Shown piece after piece: positions 52,901-63,884 of a stretch of 64,000 bases of DNA. The notes beneath the pieces are model-generated. The model ran no database searches, was not told the DNA's origin, and was given only the letters and a program-made list of their open reading frames with translations. The stretch's first letter is position 1. Every line of letters starts with the position of its first letter. A program made the position numbers and the translations under genes. Source of the DNA: Phycisphaerales bacterium (lineage in GTDB: Bacteria; Planctomycetota; Phycisphaerae; WQYP01); assembly GCA_027313145.1 (NCBI GenBank), contig DAHVEJ010000001.1:6698-70697 (forward strand). The letters run 5' to 3'.

Positions 52901-53514
52901 TCAAGCAGAAATGCCGCGACCTGAATCTGCTGCGCCCGCAGGTGGTTTACGGCTACTTCTGGGTTCAGGCGGAAAAAAATGATTTAATTGTTTATGCCGA
53001 GGATAAAAAAACGCAGCGTCTGCGTTTTCATTTTCCCCGGCAACCGGGGCGCAAACGTTGGTGCCTTTCGGACTTTTTCCGTTCCGTGGATTCCGGCGAA
53101 ATGGACGTTCTGGCGTTGCAGTGCGTGACGGCGGGATCGGCCGTGGCCCCGTATGAAAAACAACTGTTTGAGCAGGGTGATTTCACCGAGTATCTCTACA
53201 TTCACGGGATGGGCGTACAGATTGCGGAAGCGTTGGCGGAAATGTGGCATAAACGCGTTCGCCAGGAATTGGGCATTGCGGATAAAGATGGTCCCACCAT
53301 GCGCGATATTTTCGCCTGCCATTTTCAAGGCTGCCGCTACAGCTTCGGCTACCCGGCCTGCCCGGATTTACAGGATGAAGAAAAGCTTTTCGCCCTGTTG
53401 GATCCCGCGCGCATCGGCTGCACATTATCCGAAAATTGGATGATTCAGCCGGAGCAATCCACCTCCGCGATGATCGTTCACCACCCCGAAGCCCGTTATT
53501 TTAACGTGCTGTAG
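49966..53514 (+). CDS. metH: Cobalamin-dependent methionine synthase.
   Basis: All four modules (Hcy-binding, pterin-binding, B12-binding and AdoMet activation) in 1182 aa. Confidence 0.97.
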   Translation: MSKKIENQNTSGLKQGAAGPMESHPFLDVLKHRVMVFDGGLGTQIFAANLTLADFNNLENCPEVLVLSRPDVIQSIHESYYAAGSDTVETDTFGASKIVLAEFGLQDQCREINRKAATLARNAANKFSTPDRPRFVAGSIGPGTKAITLGNTTFDIMHDSYLEQVRGLLDGGVDAILIETCFDLLQAKVAVIAATDAMEEMGVRVPIMVQVTMETVGTMLLGTEMNAVITTLEALPVDVIGMNCATGPELMRPHVETLSQNCTRYLSVQPNAGLPVLHEGRTHFPLGAAELAKAHVEFVQQFGVNIVGGCCGTTPEHIRAVAAAVAQLKPAVRSAHGRKMDAAHATISSLYSAVDARQDNSILIIGERTNTNGSKKFRDCLLAADWDTLTAIGREQVKEGSHVVDVCVDYVGRNGVPDMTDIVRRFAKEVTAPLMIDSTQLDVIEAGLQAAPGKCIVNSINLEDGEEKLARMAALLKRYGAAVVAGTIDEDKIEAMAKTADRKIEIAKRLYDLLVNKYGIPETNIYFDPLIFPIVTGQEEVRRLALETIDGIRRISEELPNCHTTLGLSNVSFGLKPYARLVLNSAFFNECVKAGLTSAIVHASKILPQNKIDPEHYQWALDLIYDRQREDYKPLQLLTNLGAPAKVAEATEQLPLEEKLRRHIIDGDKQKLSEHLDQAMTKYAPLDIINDHLLAGMKVVGDLFGSGQMQLPFVLQSAEVMKAAVAYLQPFMPKSEGQSRGRMVLATVKGDVHDIGKNLVDIILSNNGYTVVNLGIKQPIANIVQAAKEHNAQIIGLSGLLVKSTLVMRDDLQELNRLGIDIPVILGGAALTRGYVEKDLRDIYKGPLFYGKDAFEGLRVMDHVATGKISEILVATGESRQQADLRAKAGASPVTPETDIPKITCDDYANSGIRTDVAVPALPFYGSRVVTDIPVDAVFPYIDEVALFRGQWQFKSGTMPRDEFRQWTESHVRPIYNRIKQKCRDLNLLRPQVVYGYFWVQAEKNDLIVYAEDKKTQRLRFHFPRQPGRKRWCLSDFFRSVDSGEMDVLALQCVTAGSAVAPYEKQLFEQGDFTEYLYIHGMGVQIAEALAEMWHKRVRQELGIADKDGPTMRDIFACHFQGCRYSFGYPACPDLQDEEKLFALLDPARIGCTLSENWMIQPEQSTSAMIVHHPEARYFNVL

Positions 53515-53789
53515 CTGCGCCGCGTGGCCATAGCGCTGCACCAGATGCCGCATCGCACGGCAAATTGCGGGTAGAAAAAGAGGCTGACCTGGCCGTGATA
53601 AAATACCCATGGGTAATAATTGGCCGGAAGTATGCAGGAGGCACTACCCATTATCGACGACTGTTCGTATGGGGCGGATATTCCAATTGTCCAAGGGTAT
53701 TTCTCAACAGCACGTGAAAATCGGCGTGATTCCATCTGCATGGTCAAGGCCGACCATTTACTCTTGCGTAACGAAAAGGAGTATAAACG

Positions 53790-54512
53790 ATGACGGTCAT
53801 TTCTCTTTGTCTTGATACGCTGGCAGGCACAGCTCCATCGCCCCCGTCTCCGGACGCGCAAACTGTGAAGTTTATTATCGATCAAGTGGAGCACTTCTAC
53901 GGTGAGATGTTCCTTGGGATGACTGCCATTTACGCCCTAATCACTGCTATTTTCGGCTATCTTCTGCCTAAACAGCGTCTTAAATCCCTCCATAAAAAAG
54001 TCCAGGGGGCGCGCGCGGCGGCCCAACATGCCGTTACGACCATCGACCAAAAGCTTGCCTCCGCCAAGGAGGAGGTTGCCGTCGCTGTGGAACAGCTTCG
54101 GCACCTGACAGCTGCTGTCATGCGTTTTAACACGGGCCTGTTAGTGTACGCATCCGGCGCTCGAAAGGTGGAGATCGCCAGCATGAAAAGTGGCAGTCTG
54201 TCACAAAATCCCGATCTAATCCCTGCAAGCAAGGAAATGCTCATCGCCGCTCATGAATTCTTCGCCGCGGGTGATCGCCGAGCCTTCGGTGTCGCAGTAG
54301 GGCTTTCCATCATCTGGCTTAAAGAGCACTACAAATTCGCCCCGATTCCGTCAGATCGCCAGTTCCACGCCCTCATTGCTCAGACACAAAAGGAATACAG
54401 TGAAGCCATAAACCAGAGGGGCTGGGGAGAAACACCGGAATTACAACCATCCGAACAATTGGATTGGTTTCTCGGCTTGGGGTGCCGCAATGAAGCCGAA
54501 CCACCAAAATAA
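53790..54512 (+). CDS. Hypothetical protein (240 aa) with one TM segment and a coiled-coil region, located inside the metH-associated insert.
   Basis: ORF with a good RBS (AAAGGAG). Its first about 15 codons are paralogous to the ORF at 58240. Confidence 0.5.
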   Translation: MTVISLCLDTLAGTAPSPPSPDAQTVKFIIDQVEHFYGEMFLGMTAIYALITAIFGYLLPKQRLKSLHKKVQGARAAAQHAVTTIDQKLASAKEEVAVAVEQLRHLTAAVMRFNTGLLVYASGARKVEIASMKSGSLSQNPDLIPASKEMLIAAHEFFAAGDRRAFGVAVGLSIIWLKEHYKFAPIPSDRQFHALIAQTQKEYSEAINQRGWGETPELQPSEQLDWFLGLGCRNEAEPPK

Positions 54513-54826
54513 CACCGCCCCGGCGGACTTGCATTAACGGGGCGGGGTTGTGGGGTGGAGAGTTTTATATTGCGACTGGCAACTGGCTATGAAGGGGAAA
54601 GTTCGTACAAGACCCTTGCACCGATGGGCAATTCGCCGGAGGTATGAAAAAGGCATTATGCGGCGCTGGTGCCCGAAAGAGGACTCTGTTTTATATGATT
54701 TTGCCCTGGATATACAAGCCCCTCGGTATTGCTGCGAAACCTCCAACTGCGCAATGTTTGCCCTGCAAGCTTATTCGGGAGGTGAAAAGTACTGCTATTT
54801 TCGAGACTTTATGGAAATCACGGATA

Positions 54827-57112
54827 TCAACGCCCCGGTTCCCATGGCGTTACACCGTGGCGACGCCACCAAGCCGTCACCTTTTCGACCACATCCGGCG
54901 CGTCCTTGTAAGAAACCCCAGTCCAGAATTTCGGGCCAAGCCGCATGCGCTTTCCGCCTATGATTCGAGCGTGTACTCGCTCGAAACCAAATTCGCTGGG
55001 TTTCTGGGTCGCCTTTGCCAAGATCAGGAGGGGCATGCCGTGATAGGCATCTATCCGATCTTTCAGCGTGAAGCCGGGATTCCAGAGACGGGAGGGGACC
55101 CAGATTGGTCGTTTGATTAAATAAAGCAGGTAGGGAACTACACCACGGGGTTGATAGGCCATCAAATAGTTCAAAACCGGAGAGATCGGATCGTTGGCCT
55201 GATCGATAGGCAGGCGCCGGCCCCGGGCTATAGCGTTGGCCACGCCTTTTAAATATGCTGCCAACAATGGCCCCATATAGGGTGAATGCCAGTGCAGCAA
55301 TTCACTGTCGGCAAAGTCGCGATCGTTGTAGAAACCGCTTGAGCGATACGGTGTGATCATGAGCGACAAGATGATGTCTCTGTTACCAATGACCACCCTG
55401 CGCCGGGTCCATTTCGGGCCGCCCGCCCCGGTAAGAAACGTGAATTCGTCACCGACTATCACCCTGGTGGGCGTCCGATCCCATAGCGCGTCCATGGTGG
55501 TCCATCGTATCGTTGCGTGATCATCGGTAAGCTGTTGCGACAAGACCCAATCGACCCACGCACCCGGGAATTTTTTAATCGCTTGCACGCCGGCAAGGCG
55601 CTCGGGCATGTCGCCGGAGTACACGGCACCCACCGCACCGATAATCCGTGGCGATAGCCCGCGTGCGAAATAATCCAAAGCTTTCGCTCGCGGTAGTAAC
55701 GACACTGCCGCAGCCCAACTGGATATGGCTGCATTGAGGTTCATCTGGCGTTGAAAATTGCCCCTTGACATATCACGACACGCGCCGACCAGCGATTGCA
55801 GGCGTGCCACCACCAAGCCGACATACGAATTTGCCGGCGCAGCGATCGGCAACGTAACGCTCACCGCGGTCGACGGTAACGTCGGGAGTTGTCGTGGGCC
55901 GAGCGTGCCCGAGAAGTGCCGAAACTTCCGAGACTGACTGTCGGCCTGGCTCAAGTCGGCAATAGGTTTGAACCCGGGATGCCAAGCCTTCAGTCCCTGT
56001 CTCCGCCAATAGTTACGAATTAGGATCAAGGCCCTCTTCTGCGCCGCTTCGCTGGAGGCGTGTACCCAAGCGGAATGCGGTCCGCCGCGGAAGCCATATC
56101 CCGCGGGGTTTTTGCCAGCCGTGATTATAAGCAACCGTATCGGCAAGGAAAGGCTGTCCTGATAGTGCGAAATGCCATGGGAAGTCCAAGAGTCGCTAAG
56201 GCCACCGACCTTACGGGTCTGAGCAAGAAACAGCAGGTATGGAACTGCCGCGCGCGGCCGGAAGGATGCGCATAACCGGATGTACCGGCGGGCCTCCAAG
56301 GGGTCGGGATCCCCCAGCCGGTTAAGCGGCCCGGCGGCGAGGCCAAATTTCGCCACCATGATGGCACTTCGTCGGATGGGAGCCGCCAGCAGTTGGACGA
56401 TCAATCTGCGATCTCCACGGCGGAGAAGCATGGAGAATATTCTAGGGAGATCGCGGTTGTAACTCGCAATCGAATCAGCCGTAGGAACGGTAAGTAGCAA
56501 GGGCTGTCGCAACATAGTGCGCACGGGGGTAGGAAAATTAGGCCCCTGCAAAATGGGATACAGGTGGCGAAGCTCCACGGAGTAGTCGCTCTGCAAGACA
56601 GATTTTCCCAGGGCATCCTGCAGAAGCGCCTCCGTCGTAAGAGGCCCCCAACGCTGACGCTGGATCGCCGCGGCTGCCGACAATTGGACATACTGGTCCC
56701 AATCGCGAAGTAGATGGGCGACGATCCAGTCCTTTCCCTTCCCTTGCGTCCTCGAGATCGCCGGTAATGAACGGGCGCGGACAAAGGGGTCCGCCGAGAA
56801 GGCGGGGGCGATGATGGGCAGAACGGTATTTTGCATCCCCCAATTCAGTTCTTGCAGGCGGAGGTGAGCATCGGTGATACCGGCAGCGGCCGCAGCCCAC
56901 CTCGCGGCCTCGGCATTAAATTTAAGTATGGTGCGGAGCTGTACCGGACTGCGGATGTTGCGCATCCATGACGCGAGTTGCAGAGCGAGCTCCGACTGCG
57001 CATATCTCGAAGGCGCAGTATCTACGGCGGAACCTCGGATAACGGTGGGCGTCACCGTCATCAAGAGCACGGCGGCACCACAACACCACCGCTTATTCCT
57101 AGACAACCCCAT
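54827..57112 (-). CDS. Large hypothetical secreted protein (about 760 aa) with internal repeats, located inside the metH-associated insert.
   Basis: Signal peptide MGLSRNKRWCCGAAVLLMTVTPTVIRGSA. Internal repeat VPYLLFLAQTRK... / VPYLLYLIKRPIW.... No recognisable catalytic motif. Confidence 0.5.
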   Translation of the reverse strand: MGLSRNKRWCCGAAVLLMTVTPTVIRGSAVDTAPSRYAQSELALQLASWMRNIRSPVQLRTILKFNAEAARWAAAAAGITDAHLRLQELNWGMQNTVLPIIAPAFSADPFVRARSLPAISRTQGKGKDWIVAHLLRDWDQYVQLSAAAAIQRQRWGPLTTEALLQDALGKSVLQSDYSVELRHLYPILQGPNFPTPVRTMLRQPLLLTVPTADSIASYNRDLPRIFSMLLRRGDRRLIVQLLAAPIRRSAIMVAKFGLAAGPLNRLGDPDPLEARRYIRLCASFRPRAAVPYLLFLAQTRKVGGLSDSWTSHGISHYQDSLSLPIRLLIITAGKNPAGYGFRGGPHSAWVHASSEAAQKRALILIRNYWRRQGLKAWHPGFKPIADLSQADSQSRKFRHFSGTLGPRQLPTLPSTAVSVTLPIAAPANSYVGLVVARLQSLVGACRDMSRGNFQRQMNLNAAISSWAAAVSLLPRAKALDYFARGLSPRIIGAVGAVYSGDMPERLAGVQAIKKFPGAWVDWVLSQQLTDDHATIRWTTMDALWDRTPTRVIVGDEFTFLTGAGGPKWTRRRVVIGNRDIILSLMITPYRSSGFYNDRDFADSELLHWHSPYMGPLLAAYLKGVANAIARGRRLPIDQANDPISPVLNYLMAYQPRGVVPYLLYLIKRPIWVPSRLWNPGFTLKDRIDAYHGMPLLILAKATQKPSEFGFERVHARIIGGKRMRLGPKFWTGVSYKDAPDVVEKVTAWWRRHGVTPWEPGR

Positions 57113-57257
57113 GTTTCGTGCTCCAGTTTGCGGAGGCCGGCGCGGCGAAGTTGGATCGTGGCCGTTCGTGGCCTTCAGGTCACTCAAGCACACAACGGGC
57201 CTGAACGCAAACAACTATAAACACTCCCATCGAGCCATGCAAGAACAAACCAAGAAC

Positions 57258-57584
57258 AGTAATTTCTGCATCCACGGGATGGGCGTACAGATTGCGGAAG
57301 CGTTGGCGGAAATGTGGCATAAACGCGTGCGCCAGGAATTGGGCATTGCGGATAAAGATGGTCCCACCATGCGCGATATTTTCGCCTGTCATTTTCAAGG
57401 CTGCCGCTACAGCTTCGGCTACCCGGCCTGCCCGGATTTACAGGATGAAGAAAAGCTTTTCGCCCTGTTGGATCCCGCGCGCATCGGCTGCACATTATCC
57501 GAAAATTGGATGATTCAGCCGGAGCAATCCACCTCCGCGATGATCGTTCACCACCCCGAAGCCCGGTATTTTAACGTGCTGTAG
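57258..57584 (+). pseudogene. Duplicated 3' fragment of metH (last about 108 codons), near-identical to 53190-53514.
   Basis: Protein tail HGMGVQIAEALAEMWHKRVRQELG...HHPEARYFNVL is identical. Only a few synonymous nucleotide differences. Homology continues about 60 nt past the stop codon. Confidence 0.85.
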
Positions 57585-57682
57585 CTGCGCGGCACGGTCA
57601 TGGCGTTGCATCAGATACCGCATTGCGCGTCAGATTGCGGGACACGCCATGGAACCTGATCTATCGCAATACGCAAGGCCCA

Positions 57683-58144
57683 TTAACCAGCAGCACATGT
57701 GAGCGTGATATAGGAAAAGGCCGAACACAGCGCCAGATCAACGCAGAACCAGATTATGAACCTTGGTATTTCGCCGGAAACTTCGAGTTGGGGCAACTTG
57801 TAGGTACAAAATAGAGCGGCCCACCTCAGCCCGGATTCAAATGCAACCAACAATCGCTGTCCGCCCGTCAATGTCTTGGCCGAAACGTCCCTTGCACCGA
57901 GCCACCCGGTCACCAGGAAGAATTGCTTCCCCAGGCGCGGTATCGTAAGAAGGAGCAGGAGGGTACCGGTTATTAAAAAGTTAAGGAAAAGCATCAACAT
58001 GACAGTACTTGGCTTTAAATGAACGAAAACCGCAGGTTTTTGCGAGTAACGAAACAGGATCCATGATAATCCCGTCAGCATCAATCCGAGGAGCGCCGAC
58101 CTGCACAGGCGTTGTGGAATTGTCAGCACCCTTGAATCCGCCAT
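57683..58144 (-). CDS. Hypothetical 4-TM membrane protein.
   Basis: Hydrophobic ORF. Confidence 0.4.
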   Translation of the reverse strand: MADSRVLTIPQRLCRSALLGLMLTGLSWILFRYSQKPAVFVHLKPSTVMLMLFLNFLITGTLLLLLTIPRLGKQFFLVTGWLGARDVSAKTLTGGQRLLVAFESGLRWAALFCTYKLPQLEVSGEIPRFIIWFCVDLALCSAFSYITLTCAAG

Positions 58145-58388
58145 TGCGGGACCCCCATGTTCATTTCAAATCTGTTTCGTGATGATACGGACAGCGATGG
58201 AATACGGCAACGCTTGCCTAACGAAAAGGAGTATAAACCATGACGGGCTTTTCTTTTTGCTCTGGCGCGCTGGCAGGAAGTGGAAATCATGCGGACAAAA
58301 TGCCTGTAGATGACGGTAACTACGGACGGATGGTACAACTATGCGAACGACCATGCGCAGCAAGACCCATACGAGCACCGGTGCGCCG

Positions 58389-58865
58389 TCACAGTGCAGG
58401 CGGCTTGATCAGCCGGAGGTCGAGCCTGATTTCCTGTTTCGGGCCGATCGTGCAGCTTGCGAAATCGCGATGAGCGGGATTAAGCAGGTAATTCCATTCG
58501 CTGGGGACAATTACGCTGGGCAATCGCAGAACGGCTGATCTCGCGCCAGCCACCCAGGTATCGCCGATCTTTTGCACGGTGGCGGGCGAAGGGGATCTGC
58601 GCCATGCCGCAGGAAGCGCAGCAGGGTCGAGGGTTGTCATGAGCGTCTGATCAAATGTTACGGGGAAAATCACATAATGCCGCATAAGGTCCTGAGCCTG
58701 CAGGTGCACGAGCATCTCCAGGATCGCCAGCGATATACTTCCGGTGGTGTACACCACGGCTGTGCCAGGACTGTTCCATCGCCCTCCGTAGGTCTTTGCG
58801 CCACCTCCGGTGAACGCGGTGGCTGCATGCCTGGCCTTGGTGATGCGCCACGCATGGATCATCAT
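58389..58865 (-). CDS. RES-domain toxin (MbcT/ParT-like) of a RES-Xre toxin-antitoxin pair.
   Basis: RES signature region (GGRWN...AVVYTTGSISLAILEMLVH). 4-nt overlap with the upstream antitoxin. Confidence 0.8.
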   Translation of the reverse strand: MMIHAWRITKARHAATAFTGGGAKTYGGRWNSPGTAVVYTTGSISLAILEMLVHLQAQDLMRHYVIFPVTFDQTLMTTLDPAALPAAWRRSPSPATVQKIGDTWVAGARSAVLRLPSVIVPSEWNYLLNPAHRDFASCTIGPKQEIRLDLRLIKPPAL

Positions 58866-59329
58866 GTGAAGACTCCGTGTTCAAGTCGGCCCATGAGGTT
58901 CTCAACTTCGCGGGCACCGACCTCCGTGGACGCAAACTCCAGTGGAATTTCGCCGCCGAGTCCTGGCTGCGGGCTTAGCAGCCATTTGCGAGCCTCCGCA
59001 GTGTCACCCTCAAACAGGTCAATTGCCATATCAAAAATGATGGACATGCGCAACACCCGGTCCGACTCATCGGCTCGCAGCCTGCCCTGGCTTTGCCGGC
59101 GGGTCAGCGTGCGCTGCGGGATGGCCAGGCAACGGGAAACCTGCGTCCAGGGTAGGTCGGTGGTCTTCTGGAACTCGGCCAGAGTCTTAAACGGAAAGCC
59201 GGCGCGGACCTGGCGAACCGTCTTTTTCACATCGTCGACGGCGATTCCCAGTTTGCGGGCCAAACGTATCCGATTTTTGGTTCCGACCGTTCCCTTGGGC
59301 ACTCGTTCTTTAACGGCGGACATGAGCAA
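58862..59329 (-). CDS. Xre-like antitoxin (DUF2384/MbcA/ParS family) of the RES-Xre pair.
   Basis: HTH N-terminus and a C-terminal toxin-binding domain typical of RES antitoxins. Confidence 0.72.
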   Translation of the reverse strand: MLMSAVKERVPKGTVGTKNRIRLARKLGIAVDDVKKTVRQVRAGFPFKTLAEFQKTTDLPWTQVSRCLAIPQRTLTRRQSQGRLRADESDRVLRMSIIFDMAIDLFEGDTAEARKWLLSPQPGLGGEIPLEFASTEVGAREVENLMGRLEHGVFT

Positions 59330-59642
59330 CTCCTGTGTTAGCCATATGGCTATATTATATGCGCCACATGGCCCCTATACAACACTCCATGGCAATTCGC
59401 CGGAAATATGCCCAGCACCCACCCATTTGGCATGCACATTCGTAAGTACGGAAAGGCATGAAGTTTTTTTGGCAAGGCTCTATTCGGCGGGTATGAATGG
59501 AGAAATAAGAACGTAACCCGCTTCGCCGATGACCAGCCCCACGAGAAAACCCATCACGCCAAAGGCTATGCGGATATTCCAGTACAGGTGCAGTTTATAC
59601 GTGGCGATCTCGCCTCCGTGTGTGGTAAGGAGAACCGCTCCG

Positions 59643-60287
59643 CTACATCTCGAAAAAACTCATCTTGCCGAGCCTCGGCAAGTAAGCTTTGACCGCTTCT
59701 TGCAGGGAAACCGTTGTCACCCATCGCCATCCGCCCATACCGAAGTAGCCCATTCGCTCAACAGTAAAGGTCCTGTCGCTGGAGCGTGAAAGCGTGAACT
59801 GCAAGACCGGGTCGTACGACTCTTCTCGCTGCGCCCGCGCTAAGGCCTCCTGCCGCTTCTGTGCGAGGTATTCGTCCACTTGATCGTCTCCCACGACTGT
59901 TCGGAGGCGGTGTAATGCGATCATTGCCAGAGTATCGGCTTGTGAACATTCGTTTTGCCGACGCGTGGTCTCTTCGGAGGTTCCATGCGGTTCGTAGATA
60001 ACAATTGTGCGGTTTTTAATCTGCACGCGATAATGGGTTAACGCTAGTGCTTCAAGCTCCTTGCGAACCAGCATCTCTTCCGCCTCTGTAATAATCCGCT
60101 TGCGGCGCACGCGCACGGAGACTTGGGCGTTTACGTTTTCAACAATCTCCATTCCCGGCGGAATCGCATCCAAGGCTCCCTCGCTGCTTCGGGTCATCAC
60201 ATAGCCGACCTTACCGGTAGCGGTTGGCCGCAGATGCAGGTAGTAGGTTATATTTTTGCGATTAACGTAGGAGATCACCGCACACAC
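59643..60287 (-). CDS. Hypothetical protein.
   Basis: ORF of 214 aa with no recognised motif. Confidence 0.4.
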   Translation of the reverse strand: MCAVISYVNRKNITYYLHLRPTATGKVGYVMTRSSEGALDAIPPGMEIVENVNAQVSVRVRRKRIITEAEEMLVRKELEALALTHYRVQIKNRTIVIYEPHGTSEETTRRQNECSQADTLAMIALHRLRTVVGDDQVDEYLAQKRQEALARAQREESYDPVLQFTLSRSSDRTFTVERMGYFGMGGWRWVTTVSLQEAVKAYLPRLGKMSFFEM

Positions 60288-60493
60288 TCCAGCTCAGAGG
60301 GATCCGTATTTTTCAAGCAAAGGGATCCCATGCCTGAGCTATTATATTTTCGTCCCGCATGAAGGCCCCTGTCAATGTGTCACTAATTTAATTCAGCCCC
60401 CCGATTGCATTCCTTTTTTTCCGCGTGCTGCCAAGGCCGACGGCAAAAGGCCGGCGGCAGGCCGCGATCAGGTTTACCAGAGAAATATGTTGG

Positions 60494-61180
60494 TTAATTC
60501 GCCACCCGGTATCGCGTCCAGATGATGCCGCCGGGAAGCAGCTTAATTGACTTGAGCTGAAGCGCTTTTGCCTGGCGCGATGTATGCCCATTGTCTGCGT
60601 CAAATACGCTGGGTGTCCCGATCGAACCGTCCGCAACTGGTACAACAACATGACTGATTTCATCGATGAGAGACGCTTTCAAAAACGCCCCCCACATAAT
60701 CCCACCGCCATCTACGCGGATCGTTTTTATCCGGAAAAGCTTAGCCAGCTTAGTGATGGCCCTTTTCAGGTCGATGGAGGTTTTGCCGGCAAAGATATAG
60801 GACACCTGCTTTTCTTGGAGGTGTTTCAAGTACGCTGTCGAAACCGCCTCCGTCAAAACTTCAATGACATGTTCCGAAGTGACCATGTTGGAGTCCCAGA
60901 AGCATTTTCCACGCGGGTCAATCACCACGGCGTATGTTTTTGCCGAATGGCGGCCCACGAAATCCTTTTTGGGGATCGACGCATGCGCCCGGCCGAGCCG
61001 GTGAACCTTGGCGCTGGAAAATTCCTGCATAGTCTTGCAGCCCACCACCCATGCGTCCGACTTAAAAGTTTCGGCAGTGCGTTCAAATAGGCCGGCAAGA
61101 TTCCGCACCGGCCAGATGCGGGTTTGGATCCGTCCGTCAATGGAGCTAAGAATATGAGCGACGATGTAGGGCTTGGTCAT
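60494..61180 (-). CDS. Dihydrofolate reductase family protein (RibD C-terminal domain-like reductase).
   Basis: MTKPYIVAHILSSIDGRI start typical of RibD_C family. Confidence 0.7.
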   Translation of the reverse strand: MTKPYIVAHILSSIDGRIQTRIWPVRNLAGLFERTAETFKSDAWVVGCKTMQEFSSAKVHRLGRAHASIPKKDFVGRHSAKTYAVVIDPRGKCFWDSNMVTSEHVIEVLTEAVSTAYLKHLQEKQVSYIFAGKTSIDLKRAITKLAKLFRIKTIRVDGGGIMWGAFLKASLIDEISHVVVPVADGSIGTPSVFDADNGHTSRQAKALQLKSIKLLPGGIIWTRYRVAN

Positions 61181-61312
61181 TTCGACATCCCCTTGTATTG
61201 GTGATGGTGTAGATCATGGTCATTCACAATTCCTCTGTGGGGCCAAGCGACTCGTAAGTGCCGGTGCTCAGTGGCACCATAGATTTCCCAAAATCCGGGG
61301 CGCTCGGACGCG

Positions 61313-62320
<1,008 letters not shown>

Positions 62321-62382
62321 TTAAATCTGAAACATTTCACGCTGGTGTAAAAAACTCCCTACGGCGGAGTGACCGCCGCCAA

Positions 62383-63438
62383 CTATGCTTTCAATGAAGC
62401 CATATCAATACTGAAGCGGTATTTCACATCCGATTTTAGCAGGCGATCATAGGCCTCGTTGATTTTCTGAATCGGTATAATCTCCACATCTGATGTAATT
62501 TGGTGTTGGCCGCAGAAATCCAGCATTTCCTGGGTTTCGGCAATACCGCCAATGGCGGAGCCGGAGAGACTTCTCCGGGCCATAATCAAGCCAAAAGCGC
62601 TCACCGCCAGGGGCTTTTGCGGAGCGCCCACCAGGGTCAGATTGCCGTCCCGCTTGAGCAGATTAATATAGGCTGCAATATCATGATCGGCGGACACCGC
62701 GTCGAGAATAAAATCAAAGCTTGATGCGTGGGCCGCCATTTCATTGGAATGGCGGGATATGACTACTTCATCGGCCCCCAGCCGCAGGGCGTCATCTTTC
62801 TTTCCCGGTGATGTCGTAAATACCACCACATGGGCACCCAGTGCATGTGCAAACTTTACCCCCATGTGCCCCAAGCCGCCCAAGCCCACCACGCCTACTT
62901 TTTTACCCTTCGTTACGTTCCAGTGTCGCATGGGCGAATAGGTGGTAATGCCGGCACACAGCAGCGGCGCGGCCCCGGCTAAATCAAGATTTTTGGGAAC
63001 GTGCAGCACAAATCGTTGGTTTACTACCACGCTTTCCGAATAGCCGCCGTAGGTTACCGCGCCTGTGTGTTTATCGGGAAAATTGTAGGTAAGCGTCACG
63101 TTTGGGCAGAACTGCTCCAAACCCTCGCGGCAGTGCGGGCATGTGCCATCGGAATCGACCATGCAGCCCACGGCCGCCAGGTCGCCGGCCTTAAATTTTT
63201 TTACCGCCGCGCCTACTTTAGTAACACGTCCGACAATTTCATGCCCCGGTACACAGGGGTAAACGGTGGGCATTACCTCGCTCCATTCATTACGGACCTG
63301 ATGCAGATCGGAGTGGCACACGCCGCAGAAAAGAATTTCAATTTGCACATCCTGATCGGTCGGCTCCCGCCGCTGGATAGTGGTTCCGCCCAGCGCCGCA
63401 GTGGCACTGGCCGCTGAATATGCTTTTGCCTGATACAT
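62383..63438 (-). CDS. Zinc-type NAD(P)-dependent alcohol dehydrogenase (YahK/cinnamyl-ADH-like).
   Basis: GHE..G zinc motif (CGVCHSDLH, VPGHEIVG) and Rossmann GLGGLGH. Confidence 0.9.
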   Translation of the reverse strand: MYQAKAYSAASATAALGGTTIQRREPTDQDVQIEILFCGVCHSDLHQVRNEWSEVMPTVYPCVPGHEIVGRVTKVGAAVKKFKAGDLAAVGCMVDSDGTCPHCREGLEQFCPNVTLTYNFPDKHTGAVTYGGYSESVVVNQRFVLHVPKNLDLAGAAPLLCAGITTYSPMRHWNVTKGKKVGVVGLGGLGHMGVKFAHALGAHVVVFTTSPGKKDDALRLGADEVVISRHSNEMAAHASSFDFILDAVSADHDIAAYINLLKRDGNLTLVGAPQKPLAVSAFGLIMARRSLSGSAIGGIAETQEMLDFCGQHQITSDVEIIPIQKINEAYDRLLKSDVKYRFSIDMASLKA

Positions 63439-63482
63439 GTTTAAATACTCCTGTTTTCATTACAGTCTGATACATTATACAC

Positions 63483-63884
63483 TTAGCGGCAGGACTCATA
63501 TTGCTGATCGCTGACTTTCTCCAGCCAGTCCACCGCACTGCCATTGAGTTTCTCCTGAATCGCGATATGCGTCATGGCGGTGGTGGCGGTTGCGCCATGC
63601 CAATGTTTTTCGCCTGGGGCAAACCAGACCACATCTCCGGGACGGATTTCCTGCCGATCTCCTGCCCACTTTTGTGCCCAGCCGCAGCCGCCAGTGACAA
63701 TTAACGTCTGGCCCAGCGGGTGCGTGTGCCAGGCTGTGCGGGCACCGGGTTCAAAGGTGACGCCGGCACCGACAACGCGAGCAGGTTCGGGCGGGGCCAT
63801 AATCGGATCAATCCGGACCGTGCCGGTAAACCAGTCTGCCGGACCCTTTCCGGAAGGTTCTGAGCCGATGCGTTTGATTTCCAT
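63483..63884 (-). CDS. Cupin-domain protein.
   Basis: Cupin motifs G(X)5HXH ([12 protein letters not shown]) and the second motif. Confidence 0.65.
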   Translation of the reverse strand: MEIKRIGSEPSGKGPADWFTGTVRIDPIMAPPEPARVVGAGVTFEPGARTAWHTHPLGQTLIVTGGCGWAQKWAGDRQEIRPGDVVWFAPGEKHWHGATATTAMTHIAIQEKLNGSAVDWLEKVSDQQYESCR

